Counted from the first letter of the whole stretch, positions 12,329 through 25,010 are shown. The stretch is 48,840 nt of DNA, filler included, from Catajapyx aquilonaris (GCA_000934665.2; 3 parts of 3 records of this genome joined end to end with filler, not necessarily neighbours in it); one strand, 5' to 3'. The notes: generated by a model from the sequence alone, not told the origin. Numbers and translations: made by a program.

Positions 12329-12622
12329 GATCCAACATCCCCGTGGTCCAATACCTATGGGGACTTGGGAAACACCTTTTTCGACGCGAGTGTCAACTAA
12401 CCTAACCTAACCTACCTAACCTACCCTACCCTAACTAACCTAGGCTGAGATAAATGGACTTTTGTAAAACAATGCTATACGTAAGATACGTATAGTGCCA
12501 AATACCGTGTGTATCGCTGTGGGGACCGAGAAATGTCCCTAGAGTCAGGTCCTGTCCCCGGAGTTACGGTAAAAGCACCAATTTTGGACCCCAGAGCTAA
12601 TGGACCACAGGAACCTCATTCC
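12329..12622. mobile_element. MITE-like element with internal (CCTAA)n tract
   Basis: Imperfect inverted ends ccccgtggtccaatacctatgggga / ccccagagctaatggaccacagg; ctaacctaacctaacc tract at 12397-12442. Confidence 0.5.
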
Positions 12623-12986
12623 CCCTATCATGCGCCATATGCAAGTATATGCATGAGTCTTCCTTTGTGTAGAACTTGCAACCACAGACAGGCTTGGCCA
12701 TTTGTCATTTACATGGCAGGGATGCCTGGAAAATTTCCCATATGTACGTACAACATTGGATAGTGTCCATCACCACCTAGCTATGGTAAGGTTCCCAAAA
12801 ATGTCCCAACATATGAAGGGCATTGGGAAAGTAATGATCTTTTCCATGAAGATGTATATTAGCCATGAAAATTGGTCATCATGCAGAGGCATTCCTGCCC
12901 TGATCACTGTATTGCAACATCCTCATGTGACACAAATAAAAGGGAGAAAAATTCAGGAATAATGCGAAGTTCAGTGAGTCTTTAGC

Positions 12987-13330
12987 ATGGCCAATTTTGA
13001 GTATTGTGCTGTCATAAAATATCTCATTTTGAAGAAGATGGGTGCTGCTGATATTCGTAAGAACATGTACGATACACTGGGGCATGGCCTTGTCCATCAT
13101 ACCCAACGGTTAAGAGATGGGCTGCATGCTTCAAGTGTGGGAAGGAGAGCCTGGAAGGTGACCTTGGCCCTGGAAAGCGTGCTACTCCTGTGTCTGAGGA
13201 AGACACATCTGGTAATGGACAACAGGCAGTTGACAGTGTGATGCATAGTAGAGGTCACGATCCTGGGCATCAATCTGGCTGCAGTGGATACTGTCCTTCA
13301 ATACCTTCACCTCACTCGTCAAAAAGGCTT
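12987..13330 (+). mobile_element. Mariner transposase N-terminal relic
   Basis: MANFEYCAVIKYLILKKMGAADIRKNMYDTLG..PSYPTVKRWAACFKCGKESLE. Confidence 0.75.
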
Positions 13331-13409
13331 CGACTCTTTGGGTACAGCCCCACCTCAGTTTGCTGCCCGAGTTGAGTGGTCACAGGCCAACCTGGTTTTA
13401 GCCCCGGAA

Positions 13410-14255
13410 GGAGTAGGTCAGGGGTATTCAACTAGTTTCTGACAAGGTCCAGTATTTACCTTTCCTGGGCCACTGAAGGTCCGGACCCCCCCCCCCCNNN
13501 NNNNNNNNNNNNNGACCCCCCCCCCCCCCCTCCCCCGGGTCAAAATATATAGATTTTATATGGTACCACAGGGTTCATATTCGAAAATATAAACATGTGC
13601 AGCAAGGGTAGAACGGCCTATCAAGACAGGGGATATTAAGACATTTTCGCCCTTTATGATGTCCTGTACAGGGGCGTAGGCAGAAGAATTTAGGAGGAGG
13701 GGCCATTTCGTAAGCACAAGGTGAACAAGCCGCAAAGGGCAGGGAACGAGCCCGCCGCAGGCAAAATTTTTGGGGGGGTTCAAGGTCACACGAGCTTAGG
13801 TAATGTGGGAGATTTGAATAGGTGTGTATTTGATGAAATTGGTAGCACTTTTTCCAAAAAAAATCACGAATTAGTAATTTATCATGCTATTTCAAACTGT
13901 CATGTATATTGTTGCGGTCCGGACAAAATTGCGTCGCGGTCCGGATCCGGACCACGGTCCGCCAGTTGAATATCCCTGGAGTAGGCCCTTTGGACACGCG
14001 AAAGGCGGGAGAGGGTGTGTGGTGGCTGGGGGCAGCTTGGCTGTGTTGCAAAGGCAAGGATGCAAGTATTGATTTTTTAGATTTTGGAAGGGGTATGCTG
14101 TACCAACCTAACCTAACCTTACCTTCCTTCCTTGCGGATACAGACCTATCTTCAGCGGATACACGCCTATCCTTTATCCATGCCTTTGAAACACAGCCAT
14201 TGCCCCCAGCCGCAACTCACCCTCCCGCCTTTTGCGTGTCCAAAGGACCTACTCC
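13410..14255. mobile_element. GGAGTAGG-ended MITE (~85-bp TIRs, CCTAA core) interrupted by a hAT MITE
   Basis: ggagtaggccctttggacacgcgaaaggcggga / tcccgccttttgcgtgtccaaaggacctactcc. Confidence 0.7.
13419..13978. mobile_element. hAT-type non-autonomous element with 8-bp TSD
   Basis: TIRs caggggtattcaact / agttgaatatccctg; TSD gagtaggt / gagtaggc; GGTCCG subterminal repeats; contains an N gap in poly-C. Confidence 0.8.
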
Positions 14256-14330
14256 AACCATTTTTTCTCCACTAGGATGACAATTTTGCATGGTTAAGAT
14301 GATTGAAAATTTATAAATCAAGTATGGTCC

Positions 14331-14668
14331 AGGGTTTTGTAAGCAACACACGAGTCATTTTCAGAAAATACCAACTTCACCTTATAATTAATTATTATTA
14401 TATTAATTTTATTAATTTTATATAATTAATAAATTTTAATAATTAATAATTTTATATTAATTATATTAATTATACATTAATTTTTTAATTTTAATTTTTA
14501 ATTTAATTTTTAATTTAGGGTTTTGTAAGCAACACACGAGTCATTTTCAGAAAATACCAACTTCACCTTATAATTAATTGTTATTATATTAATTATATAA
14601 ATTTTATATAATTAATAAATTTTAATAATTAATAATTTTTATATTAATTATATTAATTATATATTAGG
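14331..14668. repeat. Direct tandem duplication (~186-bp unit) with A/T-only tracts
   Basis: agggttttgtaagcaacacacgagtcattttcagaaaatacc at 14331 and 14517. Confidence 0.85.
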
Positions 14669-15954
14669 GGTAAACCATACAGTTATGGGACACTTAAGAA
14701 AATTTTCAAGTTCACGTCATCACATGGCCCACAGTAATTACATCTGCAGTTTGATTAATTTTTTTTCTGAATCTTCAGAATGTTCTCTTTCAAGGAGCAA
14801 CTGTAATTTTGAAATTCTCCTTTACTGTCATTTTTGGTAATGAAAAGTTGCCAAAGAGTCACAAAAGTACAGTAATGGGCTGCCTTTGGGACAGTGGTGG
14901 GACACCTAATTGTAGGGACTCCATTGTTGTATGCCACACTTTCGTGGTGCAGGGTGTTGCCCAGCACTGTTTCCTACTGTCTCAGCTGTTTTTCAAGTTT
15001 TAATGATCATCCCCCTAGCCTTTGTCATTACCGAACCTGCCTGCCAAGCAAACAATTTCGTTAAGAACAGATGACTTTCTCACCTGAAATTCTTTCACGA
15101 TTGTCACATTCACCTACCTGCCCACTTCTGGAGGTGTCTACCTCCCTGTCCATCATGTTGGGTAGGGTCTAGGGGCACTATTGGATAAAATTATCCACAT
15201 CAACCATAGGCTAATATACAGGCGCTGAAGCCAAGTATCCTGGTAACTGAAAATGGTTATAGGGGGCCGTACACCATCCTCTAGGGTGAAGTGGGGGGGG
15301 GGGGGGGGGGNTTGCTTATTGATGACCAAAGATGAAGTAGGGCAATTTTTAAAATTGACCTCGAAATAAAGTTGTGGCCGGGTATGCCCATTACTGTAAA
15401 GTGGTGGTTTTGATCCACACAGTTGTGGGACACCCCCTTCTACTCATGCTATCTATACTGACTCATCATTATCAACAAAATATGAAACTATGGAGTATAC
15501 CCTACCCATGCAAATTGACATCGGCAACCTGGAGTGGCGAAAACCCTTCTAACTTATCACTAGCTGCAGTGCTACTCCTTACCGACTACTTAGCGAACTG
15601 ACCCTGCTGGAAGTGATTCAGAGACGAGAGGTTCTGGTGACTTTGATGAAAGTCCATCCGGGAAAAAATTGTATACAACATTTGTCCAACAATGCAGTGC
15701 AGCCACCCATGGGCAAAAATGATCACTACTTTCACTACACACATTAATATGAATAAAAGAATAAGATTACTATAAGTGTCTCATAACTGTATTATCACAA
15801 AAACCTTCCATTCTGTAAAAAAAAAGGGTAGTAAGACCTCTATGGCGGATAGAAATTAATTAAACAAGACAGGTATGCGTAAGACCTAGCTTCACTAGAT
15901 TATTATTAAAGGATATCGTAATGCTACATTACGAAGGGTATGTGTAAAATTTTT

Positions 15955-16220
15955 ACTAATATGTGAATATGTAAGCAGGGTCTTACTCATGCATAATAAT
16001 ATAACAAGATAATATAAATTTATTTATAATATATATATCTTATGAAATACTTAAATTTTTACTGAAACACTTGGCATGAAATGTCTTAGGTTTCAACTAA
16101 TATGTGAATATGTAAGCCAGGTTTTACTCATGGATCATATAACATGATGATAATGTAGCTATTATTTTTATATATAATATGTAATATGTAATATACCTCC
16201 ATTTGTACTGAAACACTTGG
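15955..16220. repeat. Direct tandem duplication (~140-bp unit) at contig end
   Basis: actaatatgtgaatatgtaagc...tactgaaacacttgg occurs twice. Confidence 0.8.
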
Positions 16221-16320
16221 NNNNNNNNNNNNNNNNNNNNNNNNNNNNNNNNNNNNNNNNNNNNTTAATTAATTAANNNNNNNNNNNNNNNNNNNNNNNN
16301 NNNNNNNNNNNNNNNNNNNN
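16221..16320. other. Artificial contig-joining spacer
   Basis: 100 nt: N44-TTAATTAATTAA-N44 (stops in all six frames). Confidence 0.97.
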
Positions 16321-16734
16321 GTAGAGTTGGTAAGCCTAAGGCAGGTGCGACTGGGGGCTTGGTTGGGGGCATTTGCGGTCACTCACTTGGGGAAAGGGCG
16401 TTTGCCACATGCACACGCACCCTAGTGTGGCAGTCCAGCTCACAGCAGCTCCAATGGTGTGGTGGCGCACAAGCTTTAGTTTGTGCACCACTGTTTCCAA
16501 TGTAGGGGCATGTTCAGGAAATGTCTCCAACATATGCACATCATTCCAGAAATGACATTTTCACATTGGGTAGCCTACAGTTGCATTGCAGGGACAGGCC
16601 TGCCTCAGCTGGTGGGGGAGACTTTTTCACCATGATGTGAAGGCAACTTCAAGCAATGGGGACTCAAGCTGCTGGCATTTCCTGATTCCTGGCAAAGTGA
16701 ATAATGACCTGTTTTTTTCTTTCTCTTTTTTTCT

Positions 16735-18110
16735 CTTTCCTGTTCAGAGCCCTCTACCGGTTTCAACTCCCCATGGTCCCATGATGGTGGCGAAATAGGT
16801 CCAGAAGGATCGGGCTTCCACCTTTTTACCTGTGTTTTCGGCACTTTTCCGATGGCCAGAACTTGTTAATTACGAGGTGTCTCTGGCCAAAGTGAGTGGG
16901 GGTTGGTTGGCGGGAATTCGGGCTTTAACGTGACGGATTTTTTTCTCTCGAAATAAGGCTTCTGGCGGCGGCCACGAGGGTTTTTAATAGGGTCGATCTC
17001 GCATGCCCCGACTCATTACGAGCCACCTTTTCACGTCCCTTTTCTGCAGTTTTGATACCCGAACTTTTCAGCAAAGGACGCCAGAGTATTGCCAGTGCAG
17101 GACGCCATGCTCGTGGAATATTCCGAGCCGCGAAAGTCAGCGCAAAATAAAACAAATGTGCGCGCGAAATATGAACGGAGGAGATCGATGCTACATCAGT
17201 CGCAATAAAAGTTGGTCCCTGAAATATTATATTGGTGACAAATGTGATGAGCCACGTCTAAATAATACACGGTGTAGTTGGCTGGTTTGCATTGCAATTA
17301 AACTGGTAAGTTTAAAAGGGTTCTGCAACCACAATGAAATATTGCATAAATGCATAATGTAATATTATTGCTCACAGTATTCTACATCTTAGACGGCATT
17401 TTATGACATTTTTCGGTCATGCATAATTTATCGCTGACCTAATTTTGCATTTTTTTGATAGTTTCATTAATTAGCATGGAATAGTGTGCATTTTAGGCAT
17501 GGAGCAGGCAGAAAATGTGAATTTGCAGCAAAAGTTGTGATTTATTGTAGCGGTTTGCCTCTTTATTTATAGCAGTCTGCTTTGTCTGCCTTGAAGTCTC
17601 ATATTTGTCACCAATATAATATTTCATGGACCAACTTCTATTGCGACTGATGCAGCATAGATCTCCTCCTTTCAAATTTCGCGCACACGTTTGTTTTATT
17701 TTGCGCTTATACTTTCGCGGCTCGGAACATTCCACGAGCATGGCATCCTGCACTGGCAATACTCTGGCGTCCTTTGCTGAAAAGTTCGGGTATCAAAACT
17801 GCAGAAAAGGGACGTGAAAAGCAAAGGTGGCTCGTAATGAGCGAGTCGGGGCATGCGAGATCGACCCTATTAAAAACCCTCGTGGCCGCCGCCAGAAGCC
17901 TTATTTCGAGAAGAAGAAGAAGAAAAAAAACGTCACGTTAAAGCCCGAATTCCCGCCAACCAGCCCCCACCCACTTTGGCCAGAGACACCTCGTAATTAA
18001 TAACAAGTTACACATGTAAAAAGGTGGAAGCCCGATCCTTCTGGACCTATTTCGCCGCCATCTTGGGACCATGGGGAGTTGAAACCGGTAGAGGGCTCTG
18101 AACAGGAAAG
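16735..18110. mobile_element. Large foldback / long-TIR non-autonomous element (~510-bp arms)
   Basis: ctttcctgttcagagccctctaccggtttcaactcccc... (16735-17245) is the reverse complement of 17598-18110, with a few indels; no transposase ORF; no TSD recognised. Confidence 0.85.
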
Positions 18111-19531
18111 TCACGAATTACTGAAGGTACCTGCACTCACCGCCCGCACTGCTGTTTGGTGGGCACACCAATAGAGAAAGATGGACTGGATGGCGACAGT
18201 CCTTTGATGGTGTCCGCCCTGCTCTGGTACAGCCCCAGGTACTCCCAGGAAAGTGGCTGGTGCGTAGGTATTGTCACGACGCAAAGAGACTCCAGGAAGT
18301 CCATGTGGGACGTGTAGAGCTGCCACAGCTCGTGCCCTGTGCTCTTGAACAAGACCACCACATTGTCATCCACTTTTACTCTCACGGCTTGGTGGACCCA
18401 TCTGACGACGCTCTAATCACGCTCATCGCTCTCATCTTCTTCGAGGCTGTGACACTGAGGGTGGGACTGGGGCCGGCCACTGTCTTAGCCGCTACCTGGT
18501 GTAAGGTGCTGGTGTAAGGAGTTGGCTCGGATGGAGTCCTCCACGTCTGCATGGAGGGCCAGCGCGGGAGTTATTTAAAAAAAAAAAAAACATTTCTTCC
18601 CTCCTTCGAGCTCAAGAACACTGCACCGTGCGTCTCTTCTTCGGACTTATATCGCCATAATATATTATTCATCCTCCGCCGCCTGCGAGATAAATCGAGT
18701 AATTCAGCTTGGAGGGAATGCCAAGCAATGGGGAAGTAGCCTTGGTCTGGCATTTGGGATTTTTGTTAATAACTGGCTAGCCCATGCCTGTGAACATACA
18801 TTCCATCAATCTGTTGCATCGAAATGACGCATTACTGGATTAATTACGGCACATTTAAAAGTGCCTTCAAAATTGGCGGGAAAAACGGGGCAGCCGGGTG
18901 GTGCCAATCGAAAGGGTACACTGAAATGCCTGGTTGACTGCGAGATATGAGGAATTTGACTTTGAATTAACCGCGGACACGACGGAAAGCATTCGCAAGG
19001 CGGCTGCAGGCCATCGAGGTGGAGAAGGGGGGCCTTTATGTGCCTAATTCGGGAGACAGATAATTCCTACCAGTTGGCACCACTGTCAGCCCCGAAGCGG
19101 TTTGAGCGGCCTGGAATCAATGCGCGCCCCGGTCGCTATCTTGCTCACCGAATGGGACGGTTGCTAACAACAACGAAGCATTTTACGACAATGACGGGGC
19201 ACGTTCTATAACATCATTTTTGCGTTCATTTCACTTCGCGTGACGTCAACATTTTCGAGGGAAACAGTAACGTCACCATTTCCCTTCGAAAAAACGCCAA
19301 TATCTCCGGAACTGAAACTTATATCTTAAAACGGAATACGCCAAAAAAATCCCAAAAATATGGGCGAATTTATTATGTAGTTTCCAAAATGAAGGTCAGT
19401 TCCCCATTCTCGGTGTAAATTCTGCCAGACTAACATCATTGGACTCTCCTCCATGAGTAACTGCCAATAGATCATCCAACTCATCCTGTGTACCAAGAGC
19501 TAATAACAGCATTAGCTCTTGTGTGTACATA

Positions 19532-20123
19532 CCGTATTACCTCTCTGCTCTCATATTGCGGCATGCCGGTGTAGGCGAGGTCGACCAGTTTTTAGAAATG
19601 CACGATCTGGCGGCTATACCGGCATGCCGGTATATGACGAGGTATGCCGGTATAAGGCGAGTTTTTCACATAAGTTACATTATCCTTTCTGAACTTGATA
19701 TATTTGCCTGAAAATCGAAATTCACGTAAAGTAGAAAAGGCACATTTTCCAAATAGGGTACCGTATCATATATTGTTTTCAATTGCAGTGTTTGGCAATA
19801 ATCTCCGTTTAATCAGTATGTTAGAGCAGGGGGTTCCCCTGTCAAAGCAGGCTGACGATGGGATTGGTCACACATTCTACATCTTTTAAATGCACTGTGC
19901 AACAGAAATGACATATTCTCACAGCCTGTACACTCGCCCATTTTCATTGTACGTATCATTATTTTAGTATGGTACCAGAAACATTCTAATAATTTTGGCA
20001 AGGATCAAAATGGCGGAAATCTACCTCCGTTATTGGGGCATACCGACCACCCCCGGGTTATATACCGGCATGCTGGTCGAGCTCGTTTTATACCGGCGTG
20101 CCGCAATATGAGAGGTAATACGG
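19532..20123. mobile_element. pogo/Tc2-type MITE (CCGTA ends, TA TSD)
   Basis: TA-ccgtattacctctc...catattgcggcatgccgg ... ccggcgtgccgcaatatgagaggtaatacgg-TA. Confidence 0.8.
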
Positions 20124-20230
20124 TACTAAGGCTAATAGTAGGCTGCCAAGACCTCCTCTTCCGCTGGCTCCTCCTTTATCTCACCAAGAACATACTCAGC
20201 ATCCGCAGAATGCTGATTGAAAAATGACAG

Positions 20231-23200
20231 AGCGTCTATGATGCAATACGAGAAGCTGGGGCGATGGTATCTGATGATGCAGAGCAATATCTAACTTGTA
20301 ACATAATACAGTACCTGTAAATATCTGCACCTGGACGTACCTGAGAAAAGTGATGATCTGAAAATGGACCTGAAAAGATGCAGATTATTAAAAATGTGCT
20401 TTAAATGAAAGTGAAAGCTTCCAGGACCTATCAGACTCCTGTTTCTCTCTGCATACGTTTTCTACTCAATCTGAAGGCAACGGCACATGATTTTTGCTGC
20501 TGCAAGAAATAGTTCGAGACCCTAATTGCGATTTTGTCAACTGGCAAGCAATCACGTAAACAATTCCTATTTCATTCCATGGTCGCAGAAAAAGGTTTCA
20601 TTGCCAACAGTGATTCTACTCAGGTGGCAAAAACTATGCAAAAGAACAAGACTAAGCTTACACTTTTTAAAAAGCGTCACAGCAGATACCATTTCAAGTT
20701 GCTAGTACATATCTCTACATGATACCTCATTTTGCATGTGCACAACCAGGCAAATATACGTAGTTTCAAAAGTCTTATCTATGGCATTTATTTTCATTTA
20801 CCCACACATATCAGTAACACATAAGTGTATACGTAAATGTCTTGAAATGTAGAGTAACGCTGCTACAAAAACAAACAAAACGATAAAGTCATTTCAAAAT
20901 ACATATCATGACCTCACTATAGCAATAGACACTGCGGGGTTGTATCGATACATCTGAAATGCTCACCCTGAACTTAAAAAAAACTACACAAAAATTACAG
21001 TATTCAGTATAAATGACGGTGTTCATGTACGTACTGTACAGTGAATAATTCAATAGAAACCTGAGACACAAATCAATGAAAGCTAGCTCGATTTCATGCC
21101 ATTCAGATTGTTTCTCTTCTGCTCCCCCAAATACTGTTAAATCTGCTGAAAAATGTTTTTCTTAATGAACTATTCATAGGCGCCCTCCCTGGCATGGAAA
21201 GACAGGTCACGCTTAACAATCTTTACACAGCAAATGAGACAGCATGAGCCCTTATGCGATACTTCAGAGCATATTCTGAGAAAATCTTCATTGCCTAGCG
21301 ATCTACGTATCTATCTCAATTATTCTGGGATATCTCCAGTGTAAATTAACAAGTGACAGTTATATTTGCCTGATGTGGTACGTGCATTTCTCCAGACAAA
21401 TTTGGAAACTCGGAGCTCTGTCTTCACATGTCTGAAGTAAAACCATGCACGTTTAACAGAAGCTCCTTTACACTTGGCGAAACGGTCAAAATCATTCTTT
21501 TTTGGGGGGACATTTGGAAGTTAGGCGGTGGCAGAAGGAAAAAAACATTTTTTTTTTTTTTGTGAGGGTTGTGTATGAAATAATTATGAGTGAGGTAATT
21601 TTGCCTATTAGCTGACAGCTTAGAACGTGACATTTCAAATAACATGCTTCCCATGCTACACTCCCTGCCTGTGTAAAAAAGCTTTCTGACACACACAGCA
21701 ACTTACGACTTCTCACCTACAGTGTCAGTTCTCATATGACGTTTCCTACTACTTGGTGTGTTCCAAGCTTTCTGACACACCCGACCGCTCTATGGTTTCT
21801 GCCCAGCGTGTGTATGCATGTGAATTTTTAGACCCCCTCCACGCGCAAACCCTTTTTGACACACGCGGCATTTAAATGGTTTCTCACCAGTATGCATTCG
21901 CATGTGAATTTTTAGACCCCATCCACGCGCAAACCCTTTTTGACACACGTGGCATTTAAATGGTTTCTCACCAGTATGTATTCGCATGTGAACATTTAGA
22001 CTCCCTGCATGTGAAAACCTTTTCTGACACACGTGGCATTTAAATGGTCTCTTATCTGTATGTATTTGCATGTGAGTTTTTAAATCACATGCTTGTAAAA
22101 ACCTGCTCTGACACATGTGGCATTTAAATGGTTCCTCCCCATCAGTGTGTGTATGCATGTGATTTTTTAGACTCCCACTTTGCGAAAACCCTCTCTGACA
22201 CACACGGCATTGAAAGGGTTTCTCACCTGTATGCATTCGCATGTGAACATTTAGATTCCTTGTCTGTGAAAACTTTTTCAGACACACCTGGCATTCATGT
22301 GGTTTCTCCCCAGTGTGTGTTAGCATGTGAACATTTAGATGCCCTGCCTGTGAAAACCTTTTCTGACACACATGGCATTTATGTGGCTTCTCCCCAGTGT
22401 GTGTTCGCATGTGAACATTTAGATTCCCTGAATGTAAAAATTTTTTCTGACACACGTGGCATTGAAATGGTCTTTCCCCAGTGTGTGTTCGCATGTGATA
22501 TTTTAGACTCCTTGCCTGTGAAAACATTTTCTGACACACATGGCATTTAAATGGTTTTTCACCTGTGTGTGTTCGCAAGTGAACAGTTAGATGTGCTCTT
22601 TGTGCAAACATTTTTTGACACACAAGGCATTTAAATGGTTTTTCCCCAGTGTGACTTCGCATGTGAGTTTTTAGAGAAAGTGTACGTGAAAACCTTCTCT
22701 GACACACACAGCATGTAAATGGTTTCTCCCCAGTGTGTGTTCGCATGTGATATTCTAGAGTATTTGCATGTGAAAACTTTTTCAGACACACTTGGCATTC
22801 ATGTGGTTTCTCCCCAGTGTGTGTTAGCATGTGAACTTTTAGATGTCCTGCATCGGAAAACCTTTTCCGACACACATAGCATTTAAATGGTTTTTCCCCA
22901 GTGTGTGTTCGCATGTGAACATTTACAGCCCCTGCGTTTGAAAACTTTTTCAGACACACATGGCATTTAAATGGTTTCTCCCCAGTGTGTGTTCGCACGT
23001 GAACATTTCGAGCCCCTATTGTTGAAAACTTTTTCGGACACACGTGGCATTTATGTGGTTTCTCCCCAGTGTGTGTTCGCATGTGAACTTTTAGATTTCC
23101 TGACATCTTTTTCTGACAGACATGGCATTGAAATGGTTTCTCCCCGGTGTGACTTCGCATGTGAACATTTAGATCCCCTGCCTGTGAAAACTTTTTCAGA

Positions 23201-23765
23201 CACACCTGGCATTTATGTGGTTTCTCCCCAGTGTGTGTTCGCATGTGAACATTTAGATGCTCTGCCTGTGAAAACCTTTTCTGACACACGTGGCATTTAT
23301 ATGGTTTTTCCCCAGTGTGACTTCGCATGTGAACTTTTAGTTTATATGCACCTGAACACCTTTTCTGACACACATGGCATTTAAATGGTTCTTCCCCAGT
23401 GTGTGTTCGCATGTGAACTTTCAATTGAGAAGCTTGCCGAAACTCCCTCTGGCAAATGTCACATCCAAACACCTGTTTAGTTCCTCTTGCCTTCCTGCAA
23501 TCTTGCACTCGAGCCTGTTTTTTTGCATTTCTATCTCTTGTCTTCACTTTTTCTCCCTGAAAGATAAATGACATGTGATCCATCACTTAATATTTCACAA
23601 AATGGAAGGGGCCACTAAACCAACTAGAAGAGTGGAAATGATAAAGGGTGTTAGGTGCCATTTTTTCCAACCTTGAGAAAAAGCAATTTTTGTGTATCCT
23701 ATCCGAAATTCTACTTTCTTGGTGAACATGACCGTCGCAAATGCAACATACAATCAAGGCACATG
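20231..23765. repeat. Segmental duplication copy A (paralogous to ~29050-32105)
   Basis: Collinear homology through the 3' flank (agcgtctatgat..., gatgcagagcaatatctaacttgtaac..., gaaagcttccaggacctatcagactcc...), the ZNF exon and the upstream intron. Confidence 0.9.
21790..23556 (-). CDS. C2H2 zinc-finger protein A, terminal exon with 20 tandem fingers
   Basis: Acceptor ctttcag|GGAGAA (phase 0); repeated CxxC...[10 protein letters not shown] units; stop TAG at 21790. Confidence 0.92.
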   Translation of the reverse strand, partial: GEKVKTRDRNAKKQARVQDCRKARGTKQVFGCDICQREFRQASQLKVHMRTHTGEEPFKCHVCQKRCSGAYKLKVHMRSHTGEKPYKCHVCQKRFSQAEHLNVHMRTHTGEKPHKCQVCLKKFSQAGDLNVHMRSHTGEKPFQCHVCQKKMSGNLKVHMRTHTGEKPHKCHVCPKKFSTIGARNVHVRTHTGEKPFKCHVCLKKFSNAGAVNVHMRTHTGEKPFKCYVCRKRFSDAGHLKVHMLTHTGEKPHECQVCLKKFSHANTLEYHMRTHTGEKPFTCCVCQRRFSRTLSLKTHMRSHTGEKPFKCLVCQKMFAQRAHLTVHLRTHTGEKPFKCHVCQKMFSQARSLKYHMRTHTGERPFQCHVCQKKFLHSGNLNVHMRTHTGEKPHKCHVCQKRFSQAGHLNVHMLTHTGEKPHECQVCLKKFSQTRNLNVHMRMHTGEKPFQCRVCQRGFSQSGSLKNHMHTHTDGEEPFKCHMCQSRFLQACDLKTHMQIHTDKRPFKCHVCQKRFSHAGSLNVHMRIHTGEKPFKCHVCQKGFARGWGLKIHMRMHTGEKPFKCRVCQKGFARGGGLKIHMHTHAGQKP

Positions 23766-24380
23766 GGCATATGCAATAATGATGAACATATGTCACTGAT
23801 AAAAATTCAAGCCCAAAAGTAACAAAACAACTCAAACAAGAAAGGGGTAAGTGCCAGGAGACCATTTCCTCATTAAAGGTGCCAACATCGGAGAATTTCC
23901 AAGTTGGGCAAACATGTAGTATGATTCATTCTTGGAGATTTCCACCCCAGCTGGTTAATATTTCCATTACGCCGCGAAGGCATGCACGAATCCCTCTGAA
24001 AGCCAAGTGTTTTAAGCTCCCTTTCCTGTAGGTAGTGACTCAGAATGCATTCCTTTGCAGTGGTGACATGCCCTTTGCCTCAGAGCAGTCAGAGGCCCTA
24101 GTCTACAGTCGTCTAGCACTTGCATTCGTGTCCCAGTAGACGAGTAGAGAGACGCATACTGTAGGTGTTTAATTTGTGCGGGTGCTATTTTTGCCACCAT
24201 ATTCGGTGGCACACTCTTCTGTCCAGGCCTTCTTTTGTGACCGGACTTCTTGCGCGAACTGCATGTTATTTGGATATCCTTATCACGTGAGTGGTGATCA
24301 CTAAAGAGGGTTTTCTTCCGTAATGCAGGTATCTGGATTTGCAAACAACCTGACGAAATGAAGTCTCCTTTCTGAATACC

Positions 24381-24509
24381 ATGGGTGGAATTTTCGTTGT
24401 ACTACTAGTTACTTCTAACTTAGAAGTACCAGTGTTGTGCAATGGTACTGCTAAGTAGATAGTTATCAGTAACTATAGTTACTAGTAGCACGACGAAAAT
24501 TCCACCCAT
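24381..24509. mobile_element. Small Harbinger-like palindromic MITE
   Basis: atgggtggaattttcgttgtactactagtta / ttactagtagcacgacgaaaattccacccat. Confidence 0.7.
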
Positions 24510-25010
24510 TAATTTTCCATGAGCCACTCCATATACGTGTTTTCTGAAAGTAGGATCTTCAATATTAAGCACATTGAATATTTCTATATGATTGGTGGAA
24601 ATTTCATGCAGAATCGTCATCTCTTTGAGATGGTGATTTTAGATATATTGTTTAATTTTTCGCATGTAAACGTAAATGGGTAAATTTTAGAGGGTCTTTT
24701 TCGATTGGATTCTGCATTTTCAGGAGCGAAAATTTCCACGTATGTGAGGATGGGTTCAGTTTTTTTCCCCCCCCTATTCAAAATAAAACCCTGCCTTCTG
24801 CTCTGAGTAGTTTGCAGTAGTCATTTTTACGAGCCGTTCCATACAGTACTTGAGAATGCCTCGAGTAAGGCCAAGGTACATCTTAAATCAATTGGTGAAG
24901 GTCTTACGTGCGCCTGCTTTGTTTCAGTACTTTCATTCCGGCACGGAGGTCTTACTAGCCCTTTTTTTCACTGAAGGGAATGTTTTTGCTATTATTTCAG
25001 TTCTTTTTTT

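Noticed and set aside
16265..16276. TTAATTAATTAA as a piggyBac target site or biological motif
   Set aside because: It is centred in N runs and repeated identically at 32570; a standard six-frame-stop linker.
18111..18800. Coding-like minus-strand fragments beside the foldback element
   Set aside because: Broken frames with only vague pogo-like similarity; not assignable.
21790..23450. 84-bp periodic repeats as a CRISPR array; + strand ORFs 22128-22550, 22971-23384, 31210-31500
   Set aside because: The periodicity is C2H2 finger coding on the minus strand, and the ORFs are antisense shadows.
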